DNA from: Pseudomonadota bacterium
GTDB taxonomy: Bacteria; Pseudomonadota; Alphaproteobacteria; 16-39-46
Assembly (NCBI GenBank): GCA_018242545.1
Contig: JAFEBT010000003.1
Coordinates: 1-62,553, forward strand
Direction: 5' to 3'
DNA length: 62,553 nucleotides
A model generated the notes under the pieces. That model ran no database searches and was not told the origin of the DNA. It worked only from the letters and a program-made list of their open reading frames with translations. This document shows, piece by piece, positions 47,722 to 57,668 of the stretch. How positions within the stretch are numbered: position 1 is the stretch's first letter; each line of letters opens with the position of its first letter. Made by a program: the position numbers and the translations under genes.

Positions 47722-48990
47722 CTAAGCATAGCCTTCCATCATATCCTTTGCGATCAAGCGCATCATGGCTTCTTTTCGCTTTTCACGGGCTCCTTCATAG
47801 TCTTTTGATTCTTCTTCAAGAAGTTGAGCCACGAGCTCTTCATAAAAGGCGCCTCTCTCAGTTTCAGAAATTTTTTCTAAGTGGGCTCTTGCTTCTCCCC
47901 ATAACTGACCTTTAAGAGCTGCTTCCACAACCAAAAGCTTTGCAACACTTGAATCGGGTGTCAAATCTAATAAGTGGAGAGCCATGCGATAAGGTTCAAG
48001 CTTATCCTGCACAGGAGAGAGAGAAAGATATGTATGTCCCAACATAAAATTTTGAGAAATTTGCCATGCACGCTCAATTGTTTTTAAAGATTTGCTTCTT
48101 TTCCCATCTTCATTTAGGTATGTTGCGTAAAGGCATGCTGTTGGAACAAAGCCGGGAGAAAATTCATTCGAGTAAGATAAGAGTTCCATTTTTTCATCGC
48201 GCGACAAATCAGGAGCTTGTGATCTTCTGTACCATAAAAGTGCTTTAAGACTATTTTTACGTTTTCTCTCCTCTTGAGAGGAAGGCTTAATTTGATCTAA
48301 AATAAGCCCGGCTTTCTCAAATTCCTCTTCTTTTAAATAAACATCAAAAAGTGTGTAAAGAACCCAAGGGAGTGTCGGATATAATTTATAAAGCTCTTCG
48401 CTTAATGTTTTTACTTGGATATTATTTTTTTCCTTTAATGCAATCTTTGTTAATCCATAAAGTCCTAAAAATAAGCCTTCTTTTTCTTTTTTAATTTTTA
48501 AAAAGAGTTTTCGAGCGGCTTCATTATTGTTTTGTCTTAGATTTTCATGAGCCTCCATATAAAGCCCAAGAACAGGAGATGGAAATAAGCTTTGAAGTTT
48601 ATGAGACTTCTCAAATATTTTTTCAATATCTTGGCCATAAAAATAAAGCATGCCTTCTAAAAGGGTGCGATATCCTTTTTTATATTTTCTTAAAGTATGG
48701 GCCTTTATAACACGGTCTTTCAATTTTAAAAAGAATTGTCCGATCATGTAAAGGCAAGTAAAAAGAATGCTAAGAAGAACGACAACCCCAACAGAAACAC
48801 CGACGGACGTGTGGATACGATATCCTTGCCATTCTATAAGTACTTCTCCTGGAATTTGGATAATCCAAAGCGCAAGAGCGGCTAGAATAAAAAGCTTTAT
48901 AAAAAAAATAAAAAACCGTACCATTAAGAGACTCCCTTTATTTACCTTTATTATCTTTAATGTTAATCCCTTTAATTTCGCCAAACGCAC
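47722..48990 (-). CDS. hemY: HemY-like membrane protein (HemY_N plus TPR-like repeats)
   Basis: MVRFFIFFIKLFILAALALWIIQIPGEVLIEWQGYRIHTSVGVSVGVVVLL is the typical HemY N-terminal domain. The likely start is Met 23 at 48924, preceded by AAGGGAG. Confidence 0.75.
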   Translation of the reverse strand: MRLAKLKGLTLKIIKVNKGSLLMVRFFIFFIKLFILAALALWIIQIPGEVLIEWQGYRIHTSVGVSVGVVVLLSILFTCLYMIGQFFLKLKDRVIKAHTLRKYKKGYRTLLEGMLYFYGQDIEKIFEKSHKLQSLFPSPVLGLYMEAHENLRQNNNEAARKLFLKIKKEKEGLFLGLYGLTKIALKEKNNIQVKTLSEELYKLYPTLPWVLYTLFDVYLKEEEFEKAGLILDQIKPSSQEERKRKNSLKALLWYRRSQAPDLSRDEKMELLSYSNEFSPGFVPTACLYATYLNEDGKRSKSLKTIERAWQISQNFMLGHTYLSLSPVQDKLEPYRMALHLLDLTPDSSVAKLLVVEAALKGQLWGEARAHLEKISETERGAFYEELVAQLLEEESKDYEGAREKRKEAMMRLIAKDMMEGYA

Positions 48991-50167
48991 TTCCTAAAAT
49001 ATAACCTTCTATTTCTTGTAAAGTTTTTTGTGTCTCCATATATTGCTCTGCGGATATTATCCATTCCCGAATCTCACCTTCTTCTCTAAGACCAATGCTT
49101 TTCAACATTTCAAGAGCCCGTTTAAGATCGCCATAGCCAAGAACCTGTTCAATATTAACAAGCGTCCTATCAAGTGTTTCTTTTGTAACGCTTCCCCCTT
49201 TAATGCGCCGAACACTAACAAGATTTTTAATCCGCGATAAAATTTTTTCTTTAAAATTCTGCGGTTCAGGACGCAAAATGATGCTAATTTTATCTGCAAC
49301 ATTAGGAAATGACAAATAAAGATCTACAGGCGTTGCAATCCCTTCATAAGAAAGAGGCTTTAAAGACTTTAAAAGATCTTGGAGCGTTTCATCACTCACC
49401 GCAATTTCGTTCATCAATGCTTTTAATTCCTCTTCAAAAGGACGCCCCGCTAAGACAACTTGTTGCAAATTTGAGAAACTCTGCATCACTTTGAGGCTTT
49501 CTTGACCTGCTTTGTTTTTTAAAAGAAGTATTTTTTCAATTTCTGAAACACGTTCTTCTAATTGACGGAGATGGGCTTGATCAGCACTACTTTGTCTTGC
49601 TAAAAGAGCTGTCTCTTGAGGAAGAATAACTTGGGAATGCCTGCTTTCAAGTGCATTTAAACGCCCGTTTAAAGCTGCCATTTCACCTTGGGTTTGGACA
49701 AAATCTTTCTCAAGAAGATCAAATTTTTCAAGCTGAGTTCTTAAAATAATTTGATTCTCCTCAAGCTTTTTTATCCTCATCTCAAGTGTTTCTTGCGTTT
49801 CTGCTAAATCAGAAACTTCGGAAGAAACGGAAGAAACATTTTTTCCCTCTTCCATTGCTTCCCAAAAAAGAGCTCCCATTAAAACGAGGACAGCCATTCC
49901 TAAAACCCATAAAAAAATAACAAAAGATTTCTGCTTAGAGCCTTTTGATTTCTCTTCATTTTTTTCATCTTTTAAAGAGACGTCAGAAATAATTTTCTCT
50001 TTTTTTATCGGCTCCTTAGAAGCTAAAGAATGTTCATGAGAAGAAGCTTGCGCTGCTTTTATCTTTTCAGAACGCTCTTCTTTCTCATTCTTGTTTTTAA
50101 CATGTTTTTTTTCTTTTGATTTTGACTGTTGTGGATGAGAGAGAGCTTTTTTTGTAATCTTTACCAT
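48938..50167 (-). CDS. Mitofilin/Mic60-family (HemX-like) membrane protein
   Basis: Lys-rich N-terminus, one TM (FVIFLWVLGMAVLVLMGALFW), a long coiled-coil region, a C-terminal block SVRRIKG...GDLKRALEMLKSIGL...IREWIISAEQYMETQKTLQEIE, and a position directly upstream of hemY. Confidence 0.6.
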   Translation of the reverse strand: MVKITKKALSHPQQSKSKEKKHVKNKNEKEERSEKIKAAQASSHEHSLASKEPIKKEKIISDVSLKDEKNEEKSKGSKQKSFVIFLWVLGMAVLVLMGALFWEAMEEGKNVSSVSSEVSDLAETQETLEMRIKKLEENQIILRTQLEKFDLLEKDFVQTQGEMAALNGRLNALESRHSQVILPQETALLARQSSADQAHLRQLEERVSEIEKILLLKNKAGQESLKVMQSFSNLQQVVLAGRPFEEELKALMNEIAVSDETLQDLLKSLKPLSYEGIATPVDLYLSFPNVADKISIILRPEPQNFKEKILSRIKNLVSVRRIKGGSVTKETLDRTLVNIEQVLGYGDLKRALEMLKSIGLREEGEIREWIISAEQYMETQKTLQEIEGYILGSAFGEIKGINIKDNKGK

Positions 50168-50368
50168 GATGAACCTTTGGCTTTAATAAGTGAAAGACAT
50201 TCCATCATAGCGTGTCTTTTTGGATTTAAGCAAGAGGGGTTAAATTTTCACAGCATTTCCTCTATGTGTCTTGCCAAGAAAAAATCTGCCTTATCGTCTT
50301 AACATACAATCAAAAATAGCTATTATAGATATAATAGCTATTTTTTTACACGTTGAGGATAAAAAATA

Positions 50369-50617
50369 ATGTTCCATATTGTTGCTAAAGATGCAAAAAA
50401 CCGTTTTGGACAATTGTTAACAAGTGCCATGAAAGGGCCTGTTACAATTGATAAAAACAACAAACCTGTTGCTGTTCTTATCTCAACAGATGAGTATAAA
50501 CGGCTTGAAAAAGTTGAAGAAGATTTTTTAGCACTTAAAGCACAATCTGCACTTAAAGAGGGCTTTATTGGGATTGAAGAAAGTGAAATTTTCTTAAAAG
50601 AATTGCTCAATGCTTAA
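50369..50617 (+). CDS. Type II antitoxin, Phd/YefM family
   Basis: 82 aa with AKNRFGQLLTSAMKGPVTIDKNNKPVAVLISTDEYKRLE. It overlaps the downstream toxin gene by 8 nt. Confidence 0.85.
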   Translation: MFHIVAKDAKNRFGQLLTSAMKGPVTIDKNNKPVAVLISTDEYKRLEKVEEDFLALKAQSALKEGFIGIEESEIFLKELLNA

Positions 50618-50852
50618 AATTAATTTTTCTAAATCAGCGCAGAAAATTTTAAAATCTCTTTCTCCTAAGCACAAACATCAATGCGCCTTAAAGATACAAG
50701 AGTTAATCTTAAAGCCCCTTCCAAATGATGTTAAGTCTATAAAAGGGACTTCTTTTTTAAGAGTTTCTGTAGGAGAATATCGAATTGTTTATCAGTACAC
50801 GAAAGAAAATTTAGAAGTTCTTCTTCTCGACAAGCGCAATAATGATTTATGA
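50610..50852 (+). CDS. Type II toxin, RelE/ParE superfamily
   Basis: 80 aa. IKGTSFLRVSVGEYRIVYQYTKENLEVLLLDKRNN follows the RelE/StbE pattern (LRVGDYRIIY...V..VGHR). Confidence 0.8.
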   Translation: MLKINFSKSAQKILKSLSPKHKHQCALKIQELILKPLPNDVKSIKGTSFLRVSVGEYRIVYQYTKENLEVLLLDKRNNDL

Positions 50853-51034
50853 AATAATTAAATTATATCAACGAGTTAAATTTTTTATGGTGAATAGATA
50901 CCTTATCTTTTAATGAGCATTTTCTTATTGTTTTATAAAGTAATTTCTTATTTTTTAAGGGTAATCAAAAAATTGAGATTGATAACATAATCATCAACGT
51001 TTAATTAAAATAGAACCTTTATACTAGGCATATC

Positions 51035-51301
51035 ATGGACAATAAATTTAAAATTGTAAATTGTAGCGCTCAAGAAAATTATATTTTAAAAATTACTTTT
51101 GCTGACGGAGAAACTGGTTTCGTAGATTTGGCCCATCTCGTTGGAAAAGGTGTGTTTTCTCTCTGGAATAATATTAATGAATTTAAAAAAGTATCTATAG
51201 ACCCTATTGTAAAAACGGTTTGCTGGGAAGGAGAGATTGATCTCGACCCTATAACTATCAGAGAACATCTTTCTATCTCACATAAAAGGAGTCTTGCCTA
51301 G
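51035..51301 (+). CDS. DUF2442-like small protein
   Basis: 88 aa. ILKITFADGETGFVDL...W..I..F..V.ID....V.W.GEIDLDP matches my recollection of the DUF2442 pattern. Confidence 0.6.
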   Translation: MDNKFKIVNCSAQENYILKITFADGETGFVDLAHLVGKGVFSLWNNINEFKKVSIDPIVKTVCWEGEIDLDPITIREHLSISHKRSLA

Positions 51302-51408
51302 GTGATTTCTACCTTTTTTGGTGATTTTCTTCTAAAGAAAGTTATTTTCAAACGGCTTAAAAACAAGTTGAGTCTTTATCATTAACAGCCTGAAAAATTT
51401 ACTTTTTC

Positions 51409-51756
51409 TTAAATCACAGAAAAAGAGGTCTTGCATCCGCAAGAAGTTGTTGCTTGCGGATTGTTTTTAATCACAAACTGGGAGCCAATGAGCTCTTCTT
51501 CATAATCTAAAGAAGCTCCTTTCAAAAGCCCTAAAGAAATGTCATCAATAATAACTTCTCCAGGCTCTTCTCCATAAATCTGATCTTCTTTATTGTAAGT
51601 GTCATCCATTTTGAAAACATACTGAAACCCAGCACATCCGCCTCCTTCTACTAAAATACGAAATCTTATATTTTTTTTAGGAGAGTCTCCCGTTTTAGAA
51701 AGAACCTTTTTTAACTGATCTTGAGCTTTAGGCGTTATTGTAAACTCGCTTGGCAC
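51409..51756 (-). CDS. erpA: Iron-sulfur cluster insertion protein (ErpA/IscA, HesB family)
   Basis: LVEGGGCAGFQY and the C-terminal SCGCKTSFSV give the three conserved Cys. Confidence 0.88.
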   Translation of the reverse strand: MPSEFTITPKAQDQLKKVLSKTGDSPKKNIRFRILVEGGGCAGFQYVFKMDDTYNKEDQIYGEEPGEVIIDDISLGLLKGASLDYEEELIGSQFVIKNNPQATTSCGCKTSFSVI

Positions 51757-51894
51757 AGCAACCTCTCTTTTAAATTTTTTCCTCTCATTTGAGGGTAAAA
51801 AATAAATTTTCTGGATAACAGACGCAATCAGAGGTATACCAAAATAATCATCGTTAAAAAATAAAATTCTTTTTAAACGTTAGGAAATAGTGCC

Positions 51895-53649
51895 GTGAAT
51901 CTTTTTCGTGATCTTCATCATCGCCTTTTAACCCTTCTAAGTGAGCTTCAACAAGAAAATACTCTACCCACGCCCTGTGAATTCTCAAAGGTGTCTTTGG
52001 AGTCTCCAAAAGATGAAACCCATGGTGATATGTCAACGAATGCAGCTCTTGTTCTTGCAAAATCTTCTTCTTTATCTTTCCAAGATTTTATTGAAACACT
52101 TAAAAAAAAGATATCTGCCTTTGAATGTGTAACATCGGTTGAAAGTGCAGGACCTGGATTTATTAATATGCGGCTTTCCGATGATTTTTGGCGCAGTTAC
52201 TTAAAAAAAATTTTAGAAAACGGCCCTTCGTATGGAAAATCCAACGAAGGCACTGGTAAAACTGTCAATGTTGAGTATGTCTCCGTGAACCCAACAGGCC
52301 CAATGCATGCAGGGCATGGACGGGTGGCTGTTGTTGGAGATGCTCTTGCGACACTTCTTGAAAATGTTGGATATCGTGTTATTCGGGAATATTACGTTAA
52401 TGATGCGGGAGGGCAAGCCGATACACTTGCAAGATCCGTATATATCCGTTATTTAGAAGCTCTTGGAGAAAAAGTCCCCCCTATCCCTGAAGGCCTTTAT
52501 CCCGGAAGTTACCTTATTCCTGTGGGAGAAGCTTTGGCCAAACAATATGGTGCTCTTTATAAAAATACACCCGAATCAGAATGGCTTGAAACTTTCCGTG
52601 CTTTTTCTGTCAAGGCCATGATGGACCTTATTCGAAGTGATTTAAATCTTCTCGGCATTCATCACGACGTTTTTACTTCTGAAAATGAACTCCTTCACAA
52701 AGGCGTCGTTGCACATATGATCGAAACACTTAAAAAAGAGAATCTTGTCTATACAGGTATTCTAGAAGCACCAAAAGGAAAAGTTCCAGAAGATTGGGAG
52801 GCAAGACCACAACTTCTTTTTAAATCAACGCTTTTTGGAGATGATATCGATCGGCCTCTTCAAAAATCTGATGGATCTTGGACGTATTTTGCAAAAGATA
52901 TCGCCTGTCATTATGATAAATATAGCCGTACACAAGGTGCTCTTTACAATGTGTGGGGAGCAGATCATGGCGGATATGTTAAACGCATTAAAGCGGCCGT
53001 TGAAGCCCTTTCCCATGGAAAAAATCATCTTGAAGTCATTTTGTGTCAAATGGTTAATTTAATGGAAAATGGAATTCCTTTAAAAATGTCCAAGCGTTCC
53101 GGAACATTTATCACGCTTCAAGAAGTCATTGAAAAAGTTGGAAAAGATGTCTTCCGACTTATTATTTTAATGCGTAAAAGTGATGCCCCTTTTGATTTTG
53201 ATTTTTCCAAAGTTCTTGAAAAGTCGACTGAAAATCCTGTTTTTTATATTCAATATGCCCATGCACGTATTCAATCTGTGAAAAGGCAAGCCTTAGAAAC
53301 GTTTCCCAATCTTGATTTAACACCTGACGGCCTCCTTAAAGCTTCTCTTTCATCTCTTCAAGAGGCAGAAGAAATTAATTTAATTAAAATTCTCTCTTCT
53401 TGGCCCCGGCATATTGAGCTTGCAGCTTCCTCTTTAGAGCCACATCGTATTGGTTTTTTCCTCCATAATCTTGCCGCTCATTTTCATGCGCTTTGGAATA
53501 TGGGAAAAGAAAATACCGAACTTCGTTTTATTCATCCTCAGTCTCTTGAAAAAACACAAGATCGCTTGGTTCTTTTAACGTGTATTGCTCAAGTTATTTC
53601 AAATGGTCTTCAACTTTTGGGTGTGCAAGCACTTGATGAAATGCGTTAG
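51895..53649 (+). CDS. argS: Arginine--tRNA ligase
   Basis: 584 aa with the HIGH-region block SVNPTGPMHAGHGR, GADHGGYV and a C-terminal anticodon-binding domain ending in M. Confidence 0.93.
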   Translation: MNLFRDLHHRLLTLLSELQQENTLPTPCEFSKVSLESPKDETHGDMSTNAALVLAKSSSLSFQDFIETLKKKISAFECVTSVESAGPGFINMRLSDDFWRSYLKKILENGPSYGKSNEGTGKTVNVEYVSVNPTGPMHAGHGRVAVVGDALATLLENVGYRVIREYYVNDAGGQADTLARSVYIRYLEALGEKVPPIPEGLYPGSYLIPVGEALAKQYGALYKNTPESEWLETFRAFSVKAMMDLIRSDLNLLGIHHDVFTSENELLHKGVVAHMIETLKKENLVYTGILEAPKGKVPEDWEARPQLLFKSTLFGDDIDRPLQKSDGSWTYFAKDIACHYDKYSRTQGALYNVWGADHGGYVKRIKAAVEALSHGKNHLEVILCQMVNLMENGIPLKMSKRSGTFITLQEVIEKVGKDVFRLIILMRKSDAPFDFDFSKVLEKSTENPVFYIQYAHARIQSVKRQALETFPNLDLTPDGLLKASLSSLQEAEEINLIKILSSWPRHIELAASSLEPHRIGFFLHNLAAHFHALWNMGKENTELRFIHPQSLEKTQDRLVLLTCIAQVISNGLQLLGVQALDEMR

Positions 53650-53664
53650 GAGCTTAAGAAAAAC

Positions 53665-54429
53665 GTGTTACAATTTTTCAAATACCTTGCGTCAGAAAAC
53701 TCTTATAAGATGAAGATTTTTCTTGCATTAGGATGCCTAAGCCTTCTTTTGATAAGTCTTCTTTTTTGGGGAATTCTTAATAAAGAATCACATCATTCTT
53801 CATCGTCTCTCTATTCGGCTCCTCTTCTTAAACCTGATTATGAAACGTTCAAAATAAAATCTCAAAACCCAGGAGGATCACCTATTCTCCATCAAGATAA
53901 AGAAATTTATAATCAACTTATCAAAAAAGAAGAAAAATTAGAAACCCCAGACGAAGACTTTTCTGCATTTCTAACCGATCCAACCTCCTTTTTAGAGGAA
54001 GGTACGGAAATTCTCAAAGATCAGCCTTTACCGCCCCCTTCTCTTGAATCTCTTTATGATCCTGAAACAAATTTCCCTTCTCCAAAAGAAAGCACCCCTC
54101 AATCTTGGTCAGACATATTTGAAGAGCTTATGGAGCAAGGTATTGAACCAGCTGCTTCTGTCCAAAATTCTCAGTTTTACTGTGTTACACTTCCTCCTGT
54201 TCAAGATAAAGAACATGCACACACAGAATGGAGACGGCTTCGTTCAAAGAATAAACTTCTTCTTCAAAATCTGCCCATGACAATTACAAGAGATGAAAAA
54301 TTAGAAGGGAAAGTTCAATTTCAAATTCAAATTGGTGCCTTTAAATCAGAATCTGAAGCAGAAAATATTTGCTTGGTTTTGCAAAACCAAAAAATCCCTT
54401 GTTATATCACAGTAATAAAAGGATCTTAA
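53665..54429 (+). CDS. SPOR-domain membrane protein
   Basis: N-terminal TM and a Pro-rich linker. The C-terminal FYCVTL...QFQIQIGAFKSESEAENICLVLQNQKIPCYI is a SPOR-type peptidoglycan-binding pattern, and argS-SPOR adjacency is common in alphaproteobacteria. Confidence 0.7.
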   Translation: MLQFFKYLASENSYKMKIFLALGCLSLLLISLLFWGILNKESHHSSSSLYSAPLLKPDYETFKIKSQNPGGSPILHQDKEIYNQLIKKEEKLETPDEDFSAFLTDPTSFLEEGTEILKDQPLPPPSLESLYDPETNFPSPKESTPQSWSDIFEELMEQGIEPAASVQNSQFYCVTLPPVQDKEHAHTEWRRLRSKNKLLLQNLPMTITRDEKLEGKVQFQIQIGAFKSESEAENICLVLQNQKIPCYITVIKGS

Positions 54430-54432
54430 CAT

Positions 54433-55134
54433 ATGGACACATTTTTCTTCATTCTTAAAAATGTTTTTCTCCTTGGATTTCCTGTTATCCTCGCTATTAC
54501 GCTTCATGAATCAGCACATGGATTTGTAGCTCTTCAGTGTGGAGATAAAACTGCTTATGAAAGAGGAAGAATTTCTTTAAATCCATTCAAACATATTGAT
54601 CTTTTTGGAACAATCCTATTACCAGCATTTCTCATAATTGTGCATGCTCCTTTTATTTTTGGATATGCAAAACCCGTGCCTGTTAATTTTAATGCTCTTA
54701 AAAATCCAAGGTGGGATACTCTTAAAGTTGCAGCAGCTGGCCCTTTAACAAATATTTTTCTTGCCTACTTTTCTGCCCTTGCATTTTATGTTATCCCTTT
54801 CTTTCCTGATTTTTTATTTACAGATTTTAAAACATTTTTGTCTACCTCCATTCAAATTAATTGTATTTTAGCTATTTTTAACATGCTTCCCATTCTGCCA
54901 CTTGATGGCGGACGTATTTTAGGGGCCCTCCTTCCTCCAACACTCGGAAAACGCTTTTTACATCTTGAACGTTATGGTATGATTATTCTTCTTGTTTTAA
55001 TTTCTTTTCCTTTTTTAACGTCAGCCCTTTTAGGATTTCCGATTCCTCTTCTGTCATGGATTCTTTTTCCTTTCCTTAACGGGCTTCTTGATATAATAAG
55101 GATCTTAAGCGGTATACCCATCGCATTTCTTTAA
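54433..55134 (+). CDS. Site-2 protease family (peptidase M50) membrane metalloprotease
   Basis: HESAHG (HExxH) lies in the first TM region with a later NMLPILPLDGGR motif, in a polytopic protein. Confidence 0.8.
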   Translation: MDTFFFILKNVFLLGFPVILAITLHESAHGFVALQCGDKTAYERGRISLNPFKHIDLFGTILLPAFLIIVHAPFIFGYAKPVPVNFNALKNPRWDTLKVAAAGPLTNIFLAYFSALAFYVIPFFPDFLFTDFKTFLSTSIQINCILAIFNMLPILPLDGGRILGALLPPTLGKRFLHLERYGMIILLVLISFPFLTSALLGFPIPLLSWILFPFLNGLLDIIRILSGIPIAFL

Positions 55135-55145
55135 GGAGTCCATAA

Positions 55146-55379
55146 ATGAGTATCGGATTTTGGCAAATCATTTTAATCCTCTTGATCGTGCTAATTGTTT
55201 TTGGATCTGGAAAACTTCCGAAGGTAATGGAAGATCTTGCGAAAGGAATTAAATCTTTTCGGGATGGTATGAATCTAGAAGATCACCCTCCCCATCAAGA
55301 AAAATCAGGACATTCCTTAGAAAAACTTCCCTCTTATAAAAAAAAGAAGGGCTCTTCTTCCAAAGTAAAAAAGCCTTGA
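55146..55379 (+). CDS. tatA: Twin-arginine translocase subunit TatA
   Basis: MSIGFWQIILILLIVLIVFGSGKLPKVMEDLAKGIKSFR is the canonical TatA/E N-terminus. Confidence 0.9.
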   Translation: MSIGFWQIILILLIVLIVFGSGKLPKVMEDLAKGIKSFRDGMNLEDHPPHQEKSGHSLEKLPSYKKKKGSSSKVKKP

Positions 55380-55389
55380 AAAAATTCTA

Positions 55390-55632
55390 ATGTTTTCGAT
55401 TGGTATTTTTGAAATTATCCTTATCTTTGTCCTTGCTGTTATCCTCTTAAAACCCGAGGATTGGCCGATTTTACTGCATAAAGCAGGTCGTCTTTATAAG
55501 AAAATGCGCATTTTCAGCCATCATTTCCAGCGCTCTATTGAAAATGCTTTAGAAGCATCAGAAATTCAAAATTTTACAAAAAAAACGCCTCCCACGCCTC
55601 CCTCCTCTTATAAAGGTGGTCGGAATGACTGA
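55390..55632 (+). CDS. tatB: Twin-arginine translocase subunit TatB
   Basis: MFSIGIFEIILIFVLAVILLKPEDWPILLHKAGRLYKKMR, positioned between tatA and tatC. Confidence 0.8.
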   Translation: MFSIGIFEIILIFVLAVILLKPEDWPILLHKAGRLYKKMRIFSHHFQRSIENALEASEIQNFTKKTPPTPPSSYKGGRND

Positions 55633-56386
55633 CTTTGATTCTCCAAAACCTTTCTTGGAACATTTTCGAGAGGCACGGAAAAGAATTCTTATTGTTTTCA
55701 TTGCCTGGACTTTTGGCAGCGGGTTATCTTATTTGTTCTCTGAAGAAATTTTTGGACTTCTCCTTCTTCCTTTTGTAAAAGAAACACAAAAGAATCCTCA
55801 TACCATAATCTATCTTGGGCTTACGGAAGCTTTTACAACTTATTTAAAAGTTGCTCTTTGGGGGGGCATTCTTTTGAGCTTTCCAATTTTTGTCTATCAA
55901 TTTTGGAAATTTATAGCACCGGGACTCAAGCCAAAAGAAAAAAAAATCATAAAATCTTGTTTTATAATTTCACCCTTTTTGTTTAATCTTGGGGCTCTTT
56001 TTTCTTATTTTGTTGTGATTCCTCTTGCCTGGCGCTTTTTTTTAAGCTTTGAACATTCCTCCTTGCCTTTACCTCTGCTTCTTGAAGCACGTATGAGTGA
56101 TTATTTTTCGCTTACCTTTAGCTTCCTTGTCTCTTTTGGGCTCAGTTTTCAATTTCCTCTTATTTTAATCGGACTTGCACACTTAAGGATTATTTCTTCA
56201 AGAGGACTTGCGTTAAACAGAAAATATGCCATAATCTTAATTTTTATTGTGGCTGCAATTTTAACGCCTCCAGACGTGTTAAGCCAAATTTTGCTAGCTA
56301 TCCCCCTAATGATCCTTTATGAAGGGACAATTTGGATCATTCGTCGTAATGAGTATTTAAGTGAGACTTTAAAAAAACATGTTTGA
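55616..56386 (+). CDS. tatC: Twin-arginine translocase subunit TatC
   Basis: 256 aa, six TM segments, with LEHFREARKRIL, FIAPGL and TPPDVLSQ motifs. Confidence 0.92.
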   Translation: MVGMTDFDSPKPFLEHFREARKRILIVFIAWTFGSGLSYLFSEEIFGLLLLPFVKETQKNPHTIIYLGLTEAFTTYLKVALWGGILLSFPIFVYQFWKFIAPGLKPKEKKIIKSCFIISPFLFNLGALFSYFVVIPLAWRFFLSFEHSSLPLPLLLEARMSDYFSLTFSFLVSFGLSFQFPLILIGLAHLRIISSRGLALNRKYAIILIFIVAAILTPPDVLSQILLAIPLMILYEGTIWIIRRNEYLSETLKKHV

Positions 56387-57668
56387 TCTCAAATGGATTC
56401 GTGAAAATAAAGATTTTTTTGATCAAGGGCTTCAACGTCGTGGGGTATCTTCCCAAAGTACACTTCTTTTAGAAATGGATGAGGCCTTACGTTCGCTCCA
56501 AACAGAAATTCAAACAATCAATGAACAGCGCAATGTTACAGCTCGTAAAATGGGAGAACTTAAGAAAAAAGGGGAAGATATAACAGCGCTTGTCCAAGAA
56601 GGCGCTCAGCTTAAAAACCTTCTCCCAGAACTTGAAGAAAAAGAAAGAACACTTCATCAACAAATTTTTAATATTCTTGCCTCTTTGCCAAACCTTCCAC
56701 AAGAAGATCTTCCGGTAGGCGATGAAACGGCCAATAAAGAAATAAAAAAAGAAGGGACCCCCCCCTCTTTTTCTTTTACACCCAAACAGCATTTTGAATT
56801 AGGTGAATCCCTTGGGCTTATGGATTTTGAGCAGGCTGCTTATATTTCGGGTGCGCGTTTTGTCATCCTAAAAGGGCCCTTAGCACATCTTGAACGTGCC
56901 CTTGCTTCTTTTATGTTAGATATCCATACACGAGAATTTGGATATCAGGAAGTTTCCCTTCCCCTTCTTGTTAAAGATGATGCTTTATTCGGAACGGGGA
57001 ATCTTCCTAAATTTTCAGAAGATCTTTTTAAAACAACAAGTGATCACTGGCTTATTCCAACAGCAGAAGTTCCTTTAACCAACATAGTTGCTCAAAAAAT
57101 CTTAGAAGAAAGTACTCTTCCTCTTCGCCTAACAGCTTACACACCCTGTTTTCGATTAGAAGCCGGATCTGCAGGCCGAGATACACGCGGCATGCTCCGT
57201 CAACATCAGTTTGGAAAGGTTGAATTGGTAAGTATTACAACGCCCTCTCAAGCTTCCGCCGAACACGAACGCATGCTCATGGCTGCTCAAACAGTTCTTA
57301 AGCGTCTTGAAATTCCCTATCGTGTTATGCTCCTTGCAACACAAGACATCAGTCCTGCCTCTCAAAAAACATACGATCTTGAAGCATGGCTTCCTGGCCA
57401 AAATTGTTACCGTGAAATCTCGAGCTGCTCTTTATGTGGCTCTTATCAAGCACGACGCATGAATGCACGATATCGTCCTCAAGATCCTCTTCATAAAAAA
57501 CCTCTTTTTGTTTCCACTCTTAATGGCTCGGGTATTGCGGTTGGACGCGCTCTTATTGCGCTTCTTGAAAACCATCAACAAGAAGATGGATCTATTCGCA
57601 TCCCTTTTGCTTTAAGTCCTTATCTTAACAACGCTGAAAAGATTACATCCCATGGTACTATTGAATAA
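56379..57668 (+). CDS. serS: Serine--tRNA ligase
   Basis: N-terminal coiled-coil arm and class II motifs (RFVILKG, FRLEAGSAGRDTRGMLRQHQF, GSGIAVGRALIALLE). Confidence 0.94.
   Translation: MFDLKWIRENKDFFDQGLQRRGVSSQSTLLLEMDEALRSLQTEIQTINEQRNVTARKMGELKKKGEDITALVQEGAQLKNLLPELEEKERTLHQQIFNILASLPNLPQEDLPVGDETANKEIKKEGTPPSFSFTPKQHFELGESLGLMDFEQAAYISGARFVILKGPLAHLERALASFMLDIHTREFGYQEVSLPLLVKDDALFGTGNLPKFSEDLFKTTSDHWLIPTAEVPLTNIVAQKILEESTLPLRLTAYTPCFRLEAGSAGRDTRGMLRQHQFGKVELVSITTPSQASAEHERMLMAAQTVLKRLEIPYRVMLLATQDISPASQKTYDLEAWLPGQNCYREISSCSLCGSYQARRMNARYRPQDPLHKKPLFVSTLNGSGIAVGRALIALLENHQQEDGSIRIPFALSPYLNNAEKITSHGTIE

Noticed and set aside
50338-50610. A 90-aa minus-strand ORF overlapping the Phd/YefM antitoxin gene.
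   Set aside because: It is antisense to a well-supported antitoxin ORF that is translationally coupled to its toxin. It is Ser/Leu-rich and low in complexity.
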